NCBI RefSeq assembly: GCF_006345805.1
Contig: NC_043010.1
Coordinates: 2,232,001 to 2,296,000 of the forward strand
From: Octopus sinensis
Taxonomy: Eukaryota
Direction: 5' to 3'
DNA length: 64,000 nucleotides
Shown piece by piece: positions 40,283-53,519 of the stretch (position 1 is the first letter of the stretch; each line of letters starts with the position of its first letter). Below the pieces are notes generated by a model that was not told the origin of the DNA, ran no database searches, and worked only from the letters and a program-made list of their open reading frames with translations. Both the position numbers and the translations under genes were made by a program.

Positions 40283-40393
40283 TAGCAAAAGTAACAGAGT
40301 GACTCAAGGTCCAAGAGTTTCGTGTGTTGGCAAGTTTGGTAAGTGCTAATGCACGAGACTCTTGGATCTTGAGTCATTCTCTTACTTCTGCTA
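40283..40393 (+). repeat. Same hairpin (copy 2)
   Basis: Identical to 39323-39433. Confidence 0.9.
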
Positions 40394-40420
40394 TATACAT
40401 ATTTATAAATACATATATAC

Positions 40421-40465
<45 letters not shown>

Positions 40466-40481
40466 GCAAGATAGAGTGAGT

Positions 40482-40535
<54 letters not shown>

Positions 40536-40650
40536 CATGTGTATCTTTTCTATCTTTTCATTTATTTTAGTCATTAGACTGTGGTCATACTGGGGCACTG
40601 TCTTGAAGAATTTTGGTCAAACAAATCATCCCCACTACACACACATAAAC

Positions 40651-40682
<32 letters not shown>

Positions 40683-41759
40683 ATGAGTGTGTATATCTAT
40701 ATCTTCATATATGTGTGCATGTGCGTATGTTTTAATAAAATTGATTCAAGTTTTTCTCAAAAGAATAAATTATGGTTGGTTGCACACCAAGTGACAACAA
40801 GTCTGTATTATTTCAGTCAAAACAGCAGCAGGACTCTGTATGTGTATGTATGTGTGTGTGCATGTGTGTGTGTATGTGTGAGCGTATTTGTTAATGTGTG
40901 TGTGTGTGTGTGTGTGTGTGCATGTATGTGTGAGCGTATTTGTTAGTGTGTGAATATGTCATTGTATGTTTGTGTTTGTGAGTATACAATCGATATGAAT
41001 GCATACTTCTGTGTAACAGAGTCAATTGTGAGTTCTTTGAAAACCTTTTGTAAGTTTTCACTCTACCATGGACACAGGCATGGTTGTATGGTTAGGAAAA
41101 ATGCTTTTCAGCTACGCGATTCCAGGCTTGATACCACTGAACAGAATTTTGGGCAAGTGTCTTTTATAATAGAAGCTCTAAGCTGACTAATGCTTTACAA
41201 AATGAACATGATGGAGGCAGTGGCAGTGGCAGTAACAACCACCACCACCATCACCACCACCACCATCACCACCACCACCACCACCACCACCATCACCACC
41301 ACCACCACCACCATCACCACCACCACCACCACCATCATCATCATCCACTTTTCCATGTTTGCATTAGTCAGATGCAATTTGCCGAGGTCATGCAAAAAAG
41401 CACCCACTGCACACTACAAAGTGTTTGCTGTCAGGAAGGGCATCCAGCTGTAGAAAACTTGCCAAATTAGACAGATCTTAGCATGGTCCCCTGGTTTCCC
41501 AGTTCCTGTTGAACTGTCCATCCAATACCAGCTTATATGTTGGGACCAATGAGAGTATCCACACACACATACACACATATATATGTAAGATGGGCTTCTT
41601 TTGCTTTTCATCAACCAAATCTTACTTATAAGGGTTTGGTCAGCCCAGGGCTATAACAGGAGAAACTTGCACAAAGTACCGTGCAGTGGAACTGAAGCTA
41701 AATCTGTGTGGTTGGGAAGCAAATTTCTTGACCACACAACCATAAAATTTTAGTTGGAA

Positions 41760-42230
41760 ATAAAGTAGAAATTTTTGAGGACATCAGTGCATGATTATGA
41801 GAAAATTTAAGAATTTTGAAACTATTAACAACATCATGGGATGCCAAAGTCTAAAGACAAATTTAAATGGTTTACTTTTACTGCAAATGTGCAAAGAATT
41901 GGATTTTCCTGTTTGTAACATATTCTTTGAACATAAAGAGATTCACAAGGGAACTTGGATGTACTCATGTTCCTAGAAATGTTACATGATTGATCATGTG
42001 CTAACTTAGAAAGAAAGATTTTAATGATGTAAGTGATGTCAAAGTTTTAAGAGATGCATAATTTGACATGGATTATCATTATAACCTTCAATAAAGCGAG
42101 TTCAAAAGAATGCCCCAAAATTTGAAAGTAGAATATTCAATGTTTAAAAAGACTTTGATGCTACAGTCTTAAAAGAAGACAATGTCAGGCACAAGTTAGA
42201 GCAAGACTTTACCAATATGGAGCATAGTAC
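41760..42230 (+). mobile_element. RTE-like LINE endonuclease fragment, decayed
   Basis: NLNGLLLLQMCKELDFPVCNIFFEHKEIHKGTWM...MIDHVL matches the AP-endonuclease NG..LL..C...NTFF..K..H..TW...IDY pattern. Confidence 0.85.
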
Positions 42231-43059
42231 AAATGGGATCATCATAATCGTTTTAACATTCAGTTGTCTATGCTTGCATGAGTTGGATGGAATTTGTGAA
42301 GATAGATTTTTTCGGCCAGATGTACATCTCGTCATCAACCCTCACCTGTTTACAAGTAAGGTAATATTTTCCCTTATCCAGGAATTATGCACAAAAAATT
42401 GAAAAGAAGACACTGCTTCTATGACGATGAAACTCATTTACAACTATCATGCAGTGTTTAGGCTAAGAGATAGTAACATATACAAACACACATATGTACA
42501 TATAAAAGACAGGCTTCTTTTAGCTGCCATCTGCCAAATCCACTCATAAAATTTTGGTGGGCCCAGGGCTCTAGAAGAAGACACTTGCACAAAGTATCAT
42601 GTGGTGGGACTGAACCTGAAACCATGTGGTTGGAAAGCAAACATTTTACTACACAATCATACTTGCACCTTCAAAAATACTTATCAAATGTCAAAAGCGT
42701 TGGCAGTTATGAAGTCGAAAAGCAAAATAGTGGTTTTTATAATAGGTACAAACAAAATTTATAATTTTTGCAAAATGATCAACAAACAAAATTTAATGGC
42801 CCAAAATATCCTTTATCTTTTGTTTTAGTCATTGAACTGTGGTCATGCTGGGGCACCACCTTAAACAGTTTACACAAAGAAATCAACTACAGTGCTTATT
42901 TTTAAGTCAGGTAATTATTCTTTCAATCTCTTTTTCCCAACTGCTAACTTACAGGGACATGAACAAACCAACAAAGGTTGCCAAGTGGTAGGGGAGGACA
43001 AACAGAAATACTCATACACACACACACATTTTTCAAGTTTTACATTGCAGTTTTGAACT

Positions 43060-44340
43060 TTACTTCTTTGGCCTGAAAGAAGTGGCCTGCAAGACGGCAT
43101 CTCTCATACAGCTTATCCTGCTCTTCAATGAGTCTGGTGATTGTACCATCATTATCATCAAACCAGTCTTAGTATTTTGGTTCCATAAGATCTAATATAT
43201 CTACTCCAGCATCAAAGACTGAGGTTCCATCAAAGTTCCATCAAAGACAATGCCGTCAAGTCCATTATAAAGAGCAAACTGCATTTCTAAATTTTGCTAT
43301 TTGAACACAATTAATCCCTGTTATCCTCACTTTTCTTCTGATCTGCACTTTCAACTCGCCACATACAAGTTTGTAGCCTGTATCACATTCTGCACTATGC
43401 CTTACTCACATTTACTGGATATTTTGGATGTCTCTCCTTCTGGTGATAATACAATTCAAGATGTGTCCATGCTTAGATGTTTGGTAAATCTGTGTTGCCT
43501 TGTGGATATCCTTTTGGCCAGAAGAAAGTATAAGGTGGAGAGCTGGCAGAAACTTTAGCACACTGGGTGAAATGCTTAGCGGTATTTCATCTGCCATTAC
43601 GTTCTGAGTTCAAATTCTGCTGAGGTCGACTTGCCTTTCATCCTTTCAGGGTCAATAAATTAAGTACCAGTTATGCACTGGGGTCGATGTAATCGACTTA
43701 ATCCCTTTGTCTGTCCTTGTTTCTCCTCTCTATGTTTAGCCCCTTGTGGGCAATAAACAAATAAGAAATGAGAAGAAAGTATTGCATGTGATTAACTCAA
43801 ACTCAGTGGAGAGTTTGGACAAGAAAAAGATCATTGGTAATCATCCAATCCATAATGTCCCAAAACACTCCAAGCATTGCGGTCCTTTCCCACATTTGCA
43901 TTGGGATCTCCAAGCAGCAAGATCTTATCTGTATGTGGAATCAATAATATACACTCTTGTAAATCTTGGTAAAAGGTCATGATTTATTCCTGGATATTAT
44001 CCAGGAGAGGGTCACAGACGGAAATAACAATCATGCAATGTTTTCTGGACAGAGAAACCCCCAGAAGTATAATCTGATCACCAAAAACCCTGTGGCAGTT
44101 CCAGCTGACTAGCAATTCCTGGCTGCACGTCAAAACCTACTGCTCCATTCCTTTTCTTCCCATTTGGTATCTCTTTCCAGAGGAATGTATAACCAGCACC
44201 CCTCTCCGAGATATGACCTTCATCACTAAGACAGTCTTTCGACAGAGCATCCATATCAATATTATGACTGCTAAATTTTTTACCTATAACAGCAGTTCTG
44301 TGTTTTGGATTTGAAAATGATTATCTATCAAAAAGTGTTC
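43060..44340 (-). mobile_element. RTE-like LINE 5' region (AP endonuclease), decayed, interrupted by SINE B
   Basis: Minus translation DALSKDCLSDEGHISERGAGYTFLWK, KILLLGDPNANVGKD...LGHYG and KHGHILNCIITRRRD. Confidence 0.82.
43532..43768 (+). mobile_element. SINE family B, full length
   Basis: Head to tail ...tttagccccttgtgggcaataaacaaataag. Confidence 0.9.
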
Positions 44341-45024
44341 TAACATATCATGCAACAATATTCAATGTAATTCTATTCTTTGAAAATTCTTCTGGAAATT
44401 ACTATTCTTCTTGTTTCTCTTACCAATCTGAACATCCATCAACCACAGTTAGTGGACCAGCTTGATGGTGGAACAGACAATGTTTGGATTATCTTTCATA
44501 GACCTCTCTCATTTATATATATATATATAAATATACATATAAATAAACATACGTACATACATATATATATAAACATATGTACGTACATATATACATACAT
44601 ATATACAAAAGTGGCAAGAATATTTTAGCAAGCTGCTAAATTGTTCATCATTGATTGATCCTTTTTTAAGAACTTGTTTAGTAAATTACATTAAAACACT
44701 TTCTTTGTCATCCATCGCTATTCAATGAAGTGTGAGATGCATTGCGCAAACTTAAAAATAGAAAGTTTCTGTCACTGACGGAACTTTGCTAACAAAGTCA
44801 AATTAGTGTAAATTGGATTCTAGGTTTTTTTTATGCAGCTGAATATATATATAGGCACAGGCAAGACTGTGTGGTTGAGGAGTTCATTTTGCAACCACAG
44901 GTTTGAGCAAATGTCTTTAGCTATAGTCCTGTATCACCTAATGCTTTGTGAATGAATTTGGAAAATAGAAACTGTGTGGAAACTCTGTGTGTGTGTGTGT
45001 GTGTGCTGGACTCTCTCCTTACTA

Positions 45025-45300
45025 TATGGTGAAGGGACATGGACATTTTTCATGGCTGTTTCCCCCCTCCCCCACTACCAAGAAGACAAATACTTGAAAA
45101 AGATGCACAATATATGAAGCAGAAGGGAAACATAAGGAAACTAGCTAGATACCATTGGTCACAATGTGATATGCCATTGTATGTGGAATCCTGTTTTGAA
45201 CTCTACCAGACTAAAGTCAATTTTTGAATTCGTGACCCACATGAGCATCCTGCACAGAGATATAGTTTAGGCAAAAAAAAGCAGTATTTGCACTAAAGGG
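45025..45300 (+). mobile_element. piggyBac-like transposon 3' end (decayed Cys-rich domain and terminus)
   Basis: GHFP...KRC... and RYHWSQCDMPLYVESCFELYQT resemble the piggyBac C-terminal domain; ends gcactaaaGGG. Confidence 0.7.
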
Positions 45301-45954
45301 GCTGAGGTAAATATACACCAAATGTTATCTCACAATAGTAAACTAGCTAAAGTGTTTGATATAAATATACACCAAACCATTGTCATGTGCTAATTGATAA
45401 TCTCAGCCGAGATGATTACCATCAATGTAACCTAGTTGCTTGATAAAAAAAAAAACGTTGTCATGGGATTAAAGTGATTTCTTTTGTGCCATAGACTATT
45501 TACCATTTTTGTTGTACTCCATTTCTCTTGATGTCCTAAGCATGCACTTATTTTACTTGATGAATAATCAAGCACTGCCACGCTCATTGTTTCAGTAACC
45601 TCATTAAGCCAATCAGGATGCACTATGTTTCAAAAGGGGTGGTATATCCAGATCCATTTACAGTCAGGGGTAGGGTCAAACACTGATAGAACTGTGCTTG
45701 CTTTAATTAATACTGTCATTAATTAATGTTATCTAGGATAATATTTCCCCATAGCCAGACACATTTTCTCAGAATATTGCAAAGAAATAACATTCATTTA
45801 CACCAATCACATAATGTCAAGGCAACAGACACAAACACACATATATATATATATATATATATACACATTATGAGCTTCTTTTAATTTGTGTATTTGTATG
45901 AATGAGAGTGTATGCATGTGTGTGTGTGTGTATGAGCATGTATGCACGTATGTA

Positions 45955-46186
45955 CCTATTTCTTTACTACCCACAAGGGGCTAAACACAGAGAGGACAAA
46001 CAAGGACAGATGAACGGATTAAGTCGATTATATCGACCCCTGTGCGTAATTGGTACTTAATTTATCGACCTTGAAAGGATGAAAGGCAAAGTCGACCTCA
46101 GCAGAATTTGAACTCAGAACGTAACGGCAGACGAAATACTGCTAAGCATTTCGCCCGGCGTGCTAACATTTCTGCCAGCTTGCCGT
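45955..46186 (-). mobile_element. Young SINE family B copy
   Basis: CpG-rich; flanked on both sides by acgtatgtacc, a possible target-site duplication. Confidence 0.9.
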
Positions 46187-46899
46187 ACGTATGTACCATA
46201 GGGTATTCCAACTGATGTAAGCAAGCAAATTTAAACATACTTGCCCACATAAACATATTCATATATGAAGCTATATCTAAAGAAATAGAAATACATACAT
46301 ATATTTATCTACAAGCATATGTACATATTTTTCTACTCACATATATACATACATGGTTTAAAGACTACAGTCTCACTTTGGAATGACTCTTTTGTGAGTG
46401 TATTCCCAAGTTCCTCTGCAAACCAAAATAAGCAATATAAAGACAAGTTTTGAGTTTCTTATTGCTCCTGAGATTCTGTTTAATCTCACCATTCTGCCAA
46501 GAAAATAATAGCTTTTAACAGCAATATAGAAAATTCTGCTAGGTTTACATGTGAGTAAACTAATTTGCATATTAGTGTTTACTTGAATAGCATTAAAAAT
46601 TCTCTTTGCACCAAAAACAGCATTAGTAGTAGAAATTCAAAATATAAAAGTACACAAACACCTGCTCTCCCCAATATACACACATATTCATGTATATTAT
46701 GTATGTATATAAATATAATGATATGTATAAATATGTGTGTGTGTGTGTGTGTGTATGCATATATATATAATTATATATTTATACATATATATCTGCGTGT
46801 GCATGTGTATATGTGTATATATATATATATATACACATATATATATGTATGTTTGTATGAATGTGTTTATGCATGCATGTGCATATATATATATCTACA

Positions 46900-46947
<48 letters not shown>

Positions 46948-47189
46948 TAGCATGGAAAGCGGATGCTAAATGATGATATATACACACATATATTTATCTG
47001 TGTATATATGTGTATATGTACATGTGTGTATGTGTATTATATATATATACACACTCACACACAAATACAGATGCATACATTTGTATATAAGCAATATAGA
47101 CATATGCATGTAAATGCATACTGGTGTGTGCATGTGGGTGTATGTGTGAATGTATGTGTGAATGCGTGTGTGTATGTGTATACTAGTTT

Positions 47190-47405
47190 TACCTTTTGGC
47201 ACAAAGCCAGCAACATTTGGGGATGTGGGGAGAGGGCAAGTCAATTACATCGACCCCAGTGTTCAACTGGTACTTATTTTATCAACTCAGAAAGGATGAA
47301 AGGCAAAGTTGACCTCGGTGGAATTTGAACTCAGAATGTATGGATGGAAAAAATGCCACTAAGCATTTAGCTCAGTGTGCTAACAATTCTGCCACTTCAC
47401 CACCT
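47190..47405 (-). mobile_element. SINE family B copy
   Basis: gaaaggatgaaaggcaaagttgacctcggtggaatttgaactcagaa. Confidence 0.85.
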
Positions 47406-47595
47406 TTACATATATATATACATGCATATTAGGATAAACACTTGTGTGTTCTGAGTGCTGCTGTACTCTGTCTCTGAATGCTGGGTTTGATGTTTTATCA
47501 GGCAGTGAAGCAGCTCTATAGATGTTATGCATGTGTGCGCATGTATATGTGTGTGCGCGCATGTATGTGTGTGTGTGTGTGTGTGTTTGTGTATA

Positions 47596-47790
47596 CAGTG
47601 TGTCTGTAAATTCATATTGGGATTTCAAAACAATTTATTGATGTAACTTGCAATGTTACACATTCCATATATATGTTGAATAAGAGACCAGCTAATAAAG
47701 TTTACAGATACTTTAGTGCAGTCCAATGTGGCTCCAATTTGTTGCCCTACACTCATCTATTTTGGGTCTGTCAGTTAGGTGGACACACTG
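47596..47790. mobile_element. Tc1/mariner-type MITE
   Basis: TA-cagtgtgtc ... gacacactg-TA termini. Confidence 0.6.
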
Positions 47791-47937
47791 TAGTTATGTG
47801 TATGTGTGTGGTTGTGTATGATGAAGTCAAGCTAAAACTTTGAAATCACTGTTACTCTTCTTCCTATGCTTAATAAGCATGTACTCTATAAGCATTTATA
47901 GGAAGAGGAGTGACAGTGAGACGTGTACTTTATAAGG

Positions 47938-48262
47938 GGTGTGTTTCAATGGTTAGAGCATCGGGCTCACAATCATGAGGTAGTCAGTTCGATTCCTGGA
48001 CCAGGCAGTGTGTTGTATTCTTGAGCAAGACACTTCATTTCACATTGCTCCAGTTCACTCAGTTATAGAAATGAGTTGCAATGTTACTGTTGCCAAACTG
48101 TATAGGCCTTTGGTTTTCCCTTGAATAACATCAGTGGCATGGAGAGAGGATGCTGGTATGCATGGACGACTGTTGGTCTTCCATAAACAACATTGCCCAG
48201 ACTTGTGCCCCAGAAGAATACTTTCCCATGGTCATTCGTGACCAAAGGGGGGGTTGTTACCC
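47938..48262 (+). mobile_element. tRNA-derived SINE family D, near full length
   Basis: tggttagagc (A box), agttcgattcc (B box), ttcttgagcaagacactt CORE-like segment. Confidence 0.8.
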
Positions 48263-48491
48263 TCTACTCTATAAACAAATTTTGAGTAATTCTTCAGTTT
48301 TATGTTAAATTGTTTCTATTATAAATTGACACAGAAACAATCATTAATACATCTGTGTGTCTGTATAGTTGTGTTTGTCCTAAGTAACCACTTAACTGCA
48401 CATGATGGTTTGTTTACATCCCTGTAACTTAGGGATTCCATAAAAAAAGTCCAGTAAGTACCAAACTAAAGAGAAAAAGAAAATATAAGTA

Positions 48492-49045
48492 CTGTAATAC
48501 CTCGCTTTACAAGGGCCCATTTTACGAGACCCTGGATTTACGAATTTTATTTTATTATGAATTTTTCAAACACAGGATCCGAATTTTGAATGAAGTGCAA
48601 AAGTTTCTACAACCATAATAAATGCTTCTGTGTGTTACCAAGAAATTTATATAGCACAAAAAAATGCTTCTTCTAAGCAAACAACTCTAGACTTGTTTTT
48701 TAAAAAGAAATCTACAAGTCTGTCTGTGAGTGCTTGTGAATTGATGATTGCATTTACAAGTAATGGTGTGTACGAGTCTCATGAGAGTGAAAGTGTTTCA
48801 GAAAATGATTATAATGATAATATTTTTTATTATAAACTATCTTGACATTCTTATTAATTTACATAAGATATTCTTTACATTCAACTGCTTTATTGGCATT
48901 TATTTATGAGTATTATAAATTTTATAGGTAAAATATTTTTCTGGGAATGAAGTATGATTTATAACATTGTTACTATGGGAAATTATTGCTCTGCTTTACA
49001 AGCAGTCTCCAGGAAGAAATTAACTCGTAGATTGAGGCATTACTG
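48492..49045 (+). mobile_element. pogo/Tigger-type non-autonomous element
   Basis: TA-flanked TIRs ctgtaatacctcgctttac / gtagattgaggcattactg; internal CYQEIY...KQTTLDLFFKK typical of pogo transposase C-termini. Confidence 0.82.
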
Positions 49046-49078
49046 TACTGCTGACAATTTTTTGACTAATTCCTTTAA

Positions 49079-49467
49079 CCCTCTAGCATTCTGATTATTC
49101 AGTCAAATGCAATGTGTATATATTCGCATTATTTTGAATTACTTATGCATTGTTTTGCAGCTTTGAGATTTCAGTGATGTGATTGGTTATTTCGAAGATG
49201 ATATTGTTGTATAGGTGTGAGAGGCCAGACCTGGCCTTCCGGGGCACAAGTCTGGGCAATGTTGTTTATGGAAGACCAACAGTCGTCCATGCATACTGGC
49301 CTCCTCTCTCCATACCACTGATGTTATTCAAGGGAAAACAAAGGCCTATACAGTTTGGCAACAGTAACATTGCAACCCATTTCTACAGCTGAGTGAACTG
49401 GAGCAATGTGAAATATATAACTGGAAAAATATTCAGGCCGGGTATGGCTGGCTTAAATGCTAAAGGG
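49079..49467. mobile_element. piggyBac-type MITE with a family D SINE fragment inside (49235-49415)
   Basis: TTAA-CCCTCTAGCATT ... AATGCTAAAGGG-TCAA termini. Confidence 0.78.
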
Positions 49468-49790
49468 TCAAGGCAATGCTCCAGCATGGTTCAGTTTAAT
49501 GACTGAAGCAAGTAAGCGATCAAAGATAGATTAAAATAAAACTCAAGTGCCACAACAACAACAAAAGCACAATAAAATACTACGATCTTTCTGATCATTG
49601 TCAGATCATCTCACATTCAAGACATGTTACTATAAATGATAGATATGATTTAGAATGCATAATGAAATGACAAATGACACTTGACTTGCAGAAAGCAAAG
49701 AAATATAACAGCTGCACATTTTACTGTACAGAGAGTTGAGTGCATTCTGGCTGTTTCGTATATCTACTTTTTTCTTTACTTTTCTTTCAG

Positions 49791-49835
49791 CTACGTGACT
49801 TCTAATGATGAGGAATTGATCTGACAGCAAATAAA
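49791..49835 (+). other. Possible short terminal exon
   Basis: Long pyrimidine tract ending ttctttcag, then (C)TAC...ATC TGA (YVTSNDEELI*) and AATAAA at 49830-49835. Confidence 0.2.
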
Positions 49836-50086
49836 ACTTGAAATTTTGTTGTGATATTTCTTTGGATGTGTGGATGGTTGGATGGATGGTTGGATGGATG
49901 GTTGGATGGATGGATGGTTGGATGGATGGATGGATAGATAGGTAGAGAGACAGAGAGAAAGAGAGAAATAAATGTGTTTGTATATGTTTATATATATGTT
50001 TATGCATATATGCATATATACATATATATATGTATATATAAATATATATATGTTTATGCATATATGCATAAATACATATATATATG

Positions 50087-50119
<33 letters not shown>

Positions 50120-50135
50120 GTATGTATAAATATAA

Positions 50136-50168
<33 letters not shown>

Positions 50169-50169
50169 T

Positions 50170-50830
50170 ATGCATATATGGGTATAGGACGTCACCAACA
50201 GTAAACAACATGAAATATGATAACAAATGAGTTCAATATGCAAACAACGAGAGAAACAAATGGTAAACAGGACAAGTAACATAAAGAATGACCCTTCATC
50301 AGTTGTCGGCTGTCTGTCTGCTCCTCATTTTGAGCACAGAACAACAATATGAATCTATGAAGACAGTTGCTGCCATAAGTACCAAAATAAAATCTGGGAT
50401 TTATGGAGGGTAAAAGCTGGGAACAAAAACAGGACAGTAGAGACATATAAGGAAATCGAATAAAAACAAACATGGAGGGTCGTTGGACCAGAACGAGGGT
50501 AAAATAGCAGAGACTGGAGAAATATTTTCTTTGACAAGAGAAAAGATAGAAGAGAGAGATAGGATACGTCCAGTCCTTAGGGACAGTCCTGAAAGAAAAG
50601 AAAAGATGTTCACGTGAGGAAAAGAAAGATGGACGATGGTCATGTGTGAGCAACGAGAGAGAGAACAGGAGAAAGAGGGAGGGAGAGAGAGAGAGAGGCA
50701 GATAGAAAATGGTGAAGGAGAGGAAAAAGGGAATTAGGGAAAGGATGAGAGAGAAAACGATGGGGAAGAAAAACAGTATAGGATAGAGTCGCATCAAAAA
50801 GATTAAAATAAACTTACTTGGAAATGGATG
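50170..50830 (-). mobile_element. Dispersed repeat, possibly Penelope-related; shorter copy at 55893-56060
   Basis: ~170 bp shared between the two loci, including minus-strand CTGATGA. Confidence 0.55.
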
Positions 50831-50840
50831 TGTGGCATTA

Positions 50841-50894
<54 letters not shown>

Positions 50895-52364
50895 CACATA
50901 TGGAAAACAATCACATATTGAATAGATGAGCACTAATACAAATAGTTAAAGAATTAAATTTGTTTTTATGAGGAAAACTTCTATAGTGACTTCAAATACT
51001 TGCTGGTGATTTAGTAAGCTAAATTACACACACAAACGCACATAGAATGGGTTTCATTCAGTTTCTGTCAACAAATTCACTCACAAGGCTTTAGTTGAGT
51101 TTAGGGCTATGGGGCTAGAGAATAAAATATTTGCCCACAGTGTTGCACAGTTAGACTATTTATCTTTTTATCTGTCTTTCTTTTTGTCCAAAATGTCAAC
51201 TAAAATTTCTCTGAGCTTACAACCATCTAACGGTTCTTTTAGCTTCAATGTTTTCCCTCTCTGGATTGTCTGTGACTGACCCGAACTCTTATTATTCTGA
51301 ACTAACTAAGCACTAATTTATGTTGGGTGTTGTGTTTTTCACCAAGAAAGGTTTTAAACTTTTATAACAATCTGTGTAGTTGTCATGAGAATGAAGTCTA
51401 CAGCCTTGTCCATTTCATTACCAGGTGATCATGTAACTGGCCAGTTAATCTCTTTCAGTTTGGGCTGTAAATTGTTCGATCAGTAACATCACAGATCTCT
51501 AGAAGGATCTCCTGGTATCTTCTATCATGACCACAACCTAAATGTACACCTCAGAAGCTTTAATACTAATAGACAACAGATCCATTTGAAATGACCAGCT
51601 ACAGTAACAAGGTTACAGTCAGTCATTGCTGAGCTAATCAACAGAAGAGTTTGACTATCTACCAGCCTTTATTGTGGATCATATGCAGAAATATGTTGTT
51701 GCCAAGTTATTTGCAAACAATCAAAGCTTTATCCTATTACACATGCCCTGACTGCCTCAAATACTAAATCTATTCATTTCTCAACTAAAACATGCTTAAA
51801 AGGAGTTGCAAAACTCTGCTGTATTTCTTTAATTTTTCTTCTGTCAAATATTCCCTGAAGATGGCCTCTTACTGAAACATTGAATTTTTCACCCCCCAGA
51901 GTAAGTTCGTTACCAATTTTATTAAATATCACAAGTCTTGCTGATGCAAACAAACACCTACCTCTTTGGAGTTTGCTTCATTATGCATGTTTAATCCACC
52001 TTTGCTGTCAGTTAAACCCAGCCAGAAAAATCTATATTGCTGTCCCAGTTCAATCCTTTTTCTACATGTCCCCGTAATAACCCCTCTCACTACCAGTGCC
52101 CACTTATTACATCCGCCCCCACCCTACTCTACCTCTTAGTCTCCTTTTGAAATCTTGTGAACTCTCCCACCTACACACTCTCTCCAATCCCCAGTCCCCC
52201 TCACTATATACCCTTCCAGGCAGCTTGGGTTTATGGTTCCTGCCCCGTCCCTGTCACATCTTCACCATCTTTCTCTCCTTTCTCTTTATCAGAGGTAGTC
52301 CTGTTTCTATTCCAATGCAGTACACATTTTTCTTTTATCCCTCAATACTCCTTCCCCCAGGTGA

Positions 52365-52597
52365 GGGGTTTTGTTTGTCTGGCAAGTTATTTGGTGACCT
52401 CACTGCTGCTGGTGCCATGTAAAAAAGCACACAGTACACTCTGTAAAGTGGTTGGTGTTTGGAAGGGCATCCAGCCATAGAAACCATATCAAAACAGAGA
52501 AGAGAACTTGGTTCACTCTTCTCACTTGTTAGTCTCTGTCAAAGCATCTTACCTATATCAGCATAAAAAACGGACATTAAATGATGATGATGATGAT
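52365..52597 (+). mobile_element. Family C copy
   Basis: ggtgacctcactgctgctggtgcc...ggaagggcatccagccatagaaacc...(gat)n. Confidence 0.82.
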
Positions 52598-53002
52598 GTT
52601 CCTTGTCTTTGAGAAGTTTGGTGAGACATCCTTTCCATGTTACCTCTAGCACACAGCACACATCCACTCATCTTTATTCCAACATAACCACAAATTCACA
52701 AGATTACCATTCATGTGCTGATCTCCATGGAGATTCCTAAAGTATTTTTTTTCTTTTTACCAGAAATGAGGGACTTTCAGAGGTGACTTAGTTGGTAGCT
52801 GTTTAGGCCTCTGTGACTGTGGACAAGAAAATTTAGGCTGTCATTTGGCAAGGATCAACTTTTTCACATCCTGTTATAAAAGTTATGTAATTGATTTGAT
52901 TTGATTTATCATTTCCTCACCCATCAGTATGCAGTTTATATACGTATATACATACGTGTGAATATGCGTATAAACATGTATAGATGTGTGTGTATGTATA
53001 TG

Positions 53003-53085
<83 letters not shown>

Positions 53086-53304
53086 TCCCTACTTTATTTT
53101 CTCTCCCTGTTTATTTCTGCGTTCCTTTCTGTCAAAGAGCATAGGCTCGAAACGTAAAAGACTTTCTCACTTCCCAAGCATCAAACTAAATACATCTGTT
53201 TGTTGTTTACACACCCATCTTCGTCTTTTGTTTTTTGGTAAATTCTCACTACTAAGGTGGTGCTCCAGCATGGCTGCAGTCAAATGACTGAAACAAGTAA
53301 AAGA

Positions 53305-53349
<45 letters not shown>

Positions 53350-53454
53350 CATATCATATGCATCTGTACATACATATACATAAACACACACATATATATA
53401 TGTATATATGAATGTATGTATATATGTATATCTATATATGTACATATATAAATA

Positions 53455-53486
<32 letters not shown>

Positions 53487-53487
53487 C

Positions 53488-53519
<32 letters not shown>

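Larger units (their letters stand above)
38755..40680. repeat. Near-identical tandem duplication, ~960-bp unit (SINE A, hairpin, (GA)n/(GATA)n)
   Basis: 38781-39700 matches 39747-40655 except mainly in microsatellite lengths. Confidence 0.96.

Noticed and set aside
50280-50350. Complete hammerhead around minus-strand CTGATGA (also 56010-56060)
   Set aside because: Could not place a GAAA box and stem II in a valid topology
50192-50914. 240-aa hydrophobic ORF resembling a membrane protein
   Set aside because: Starts in (TA)n and runs through a CT-rich dispersed repeat also found at 55893-56060
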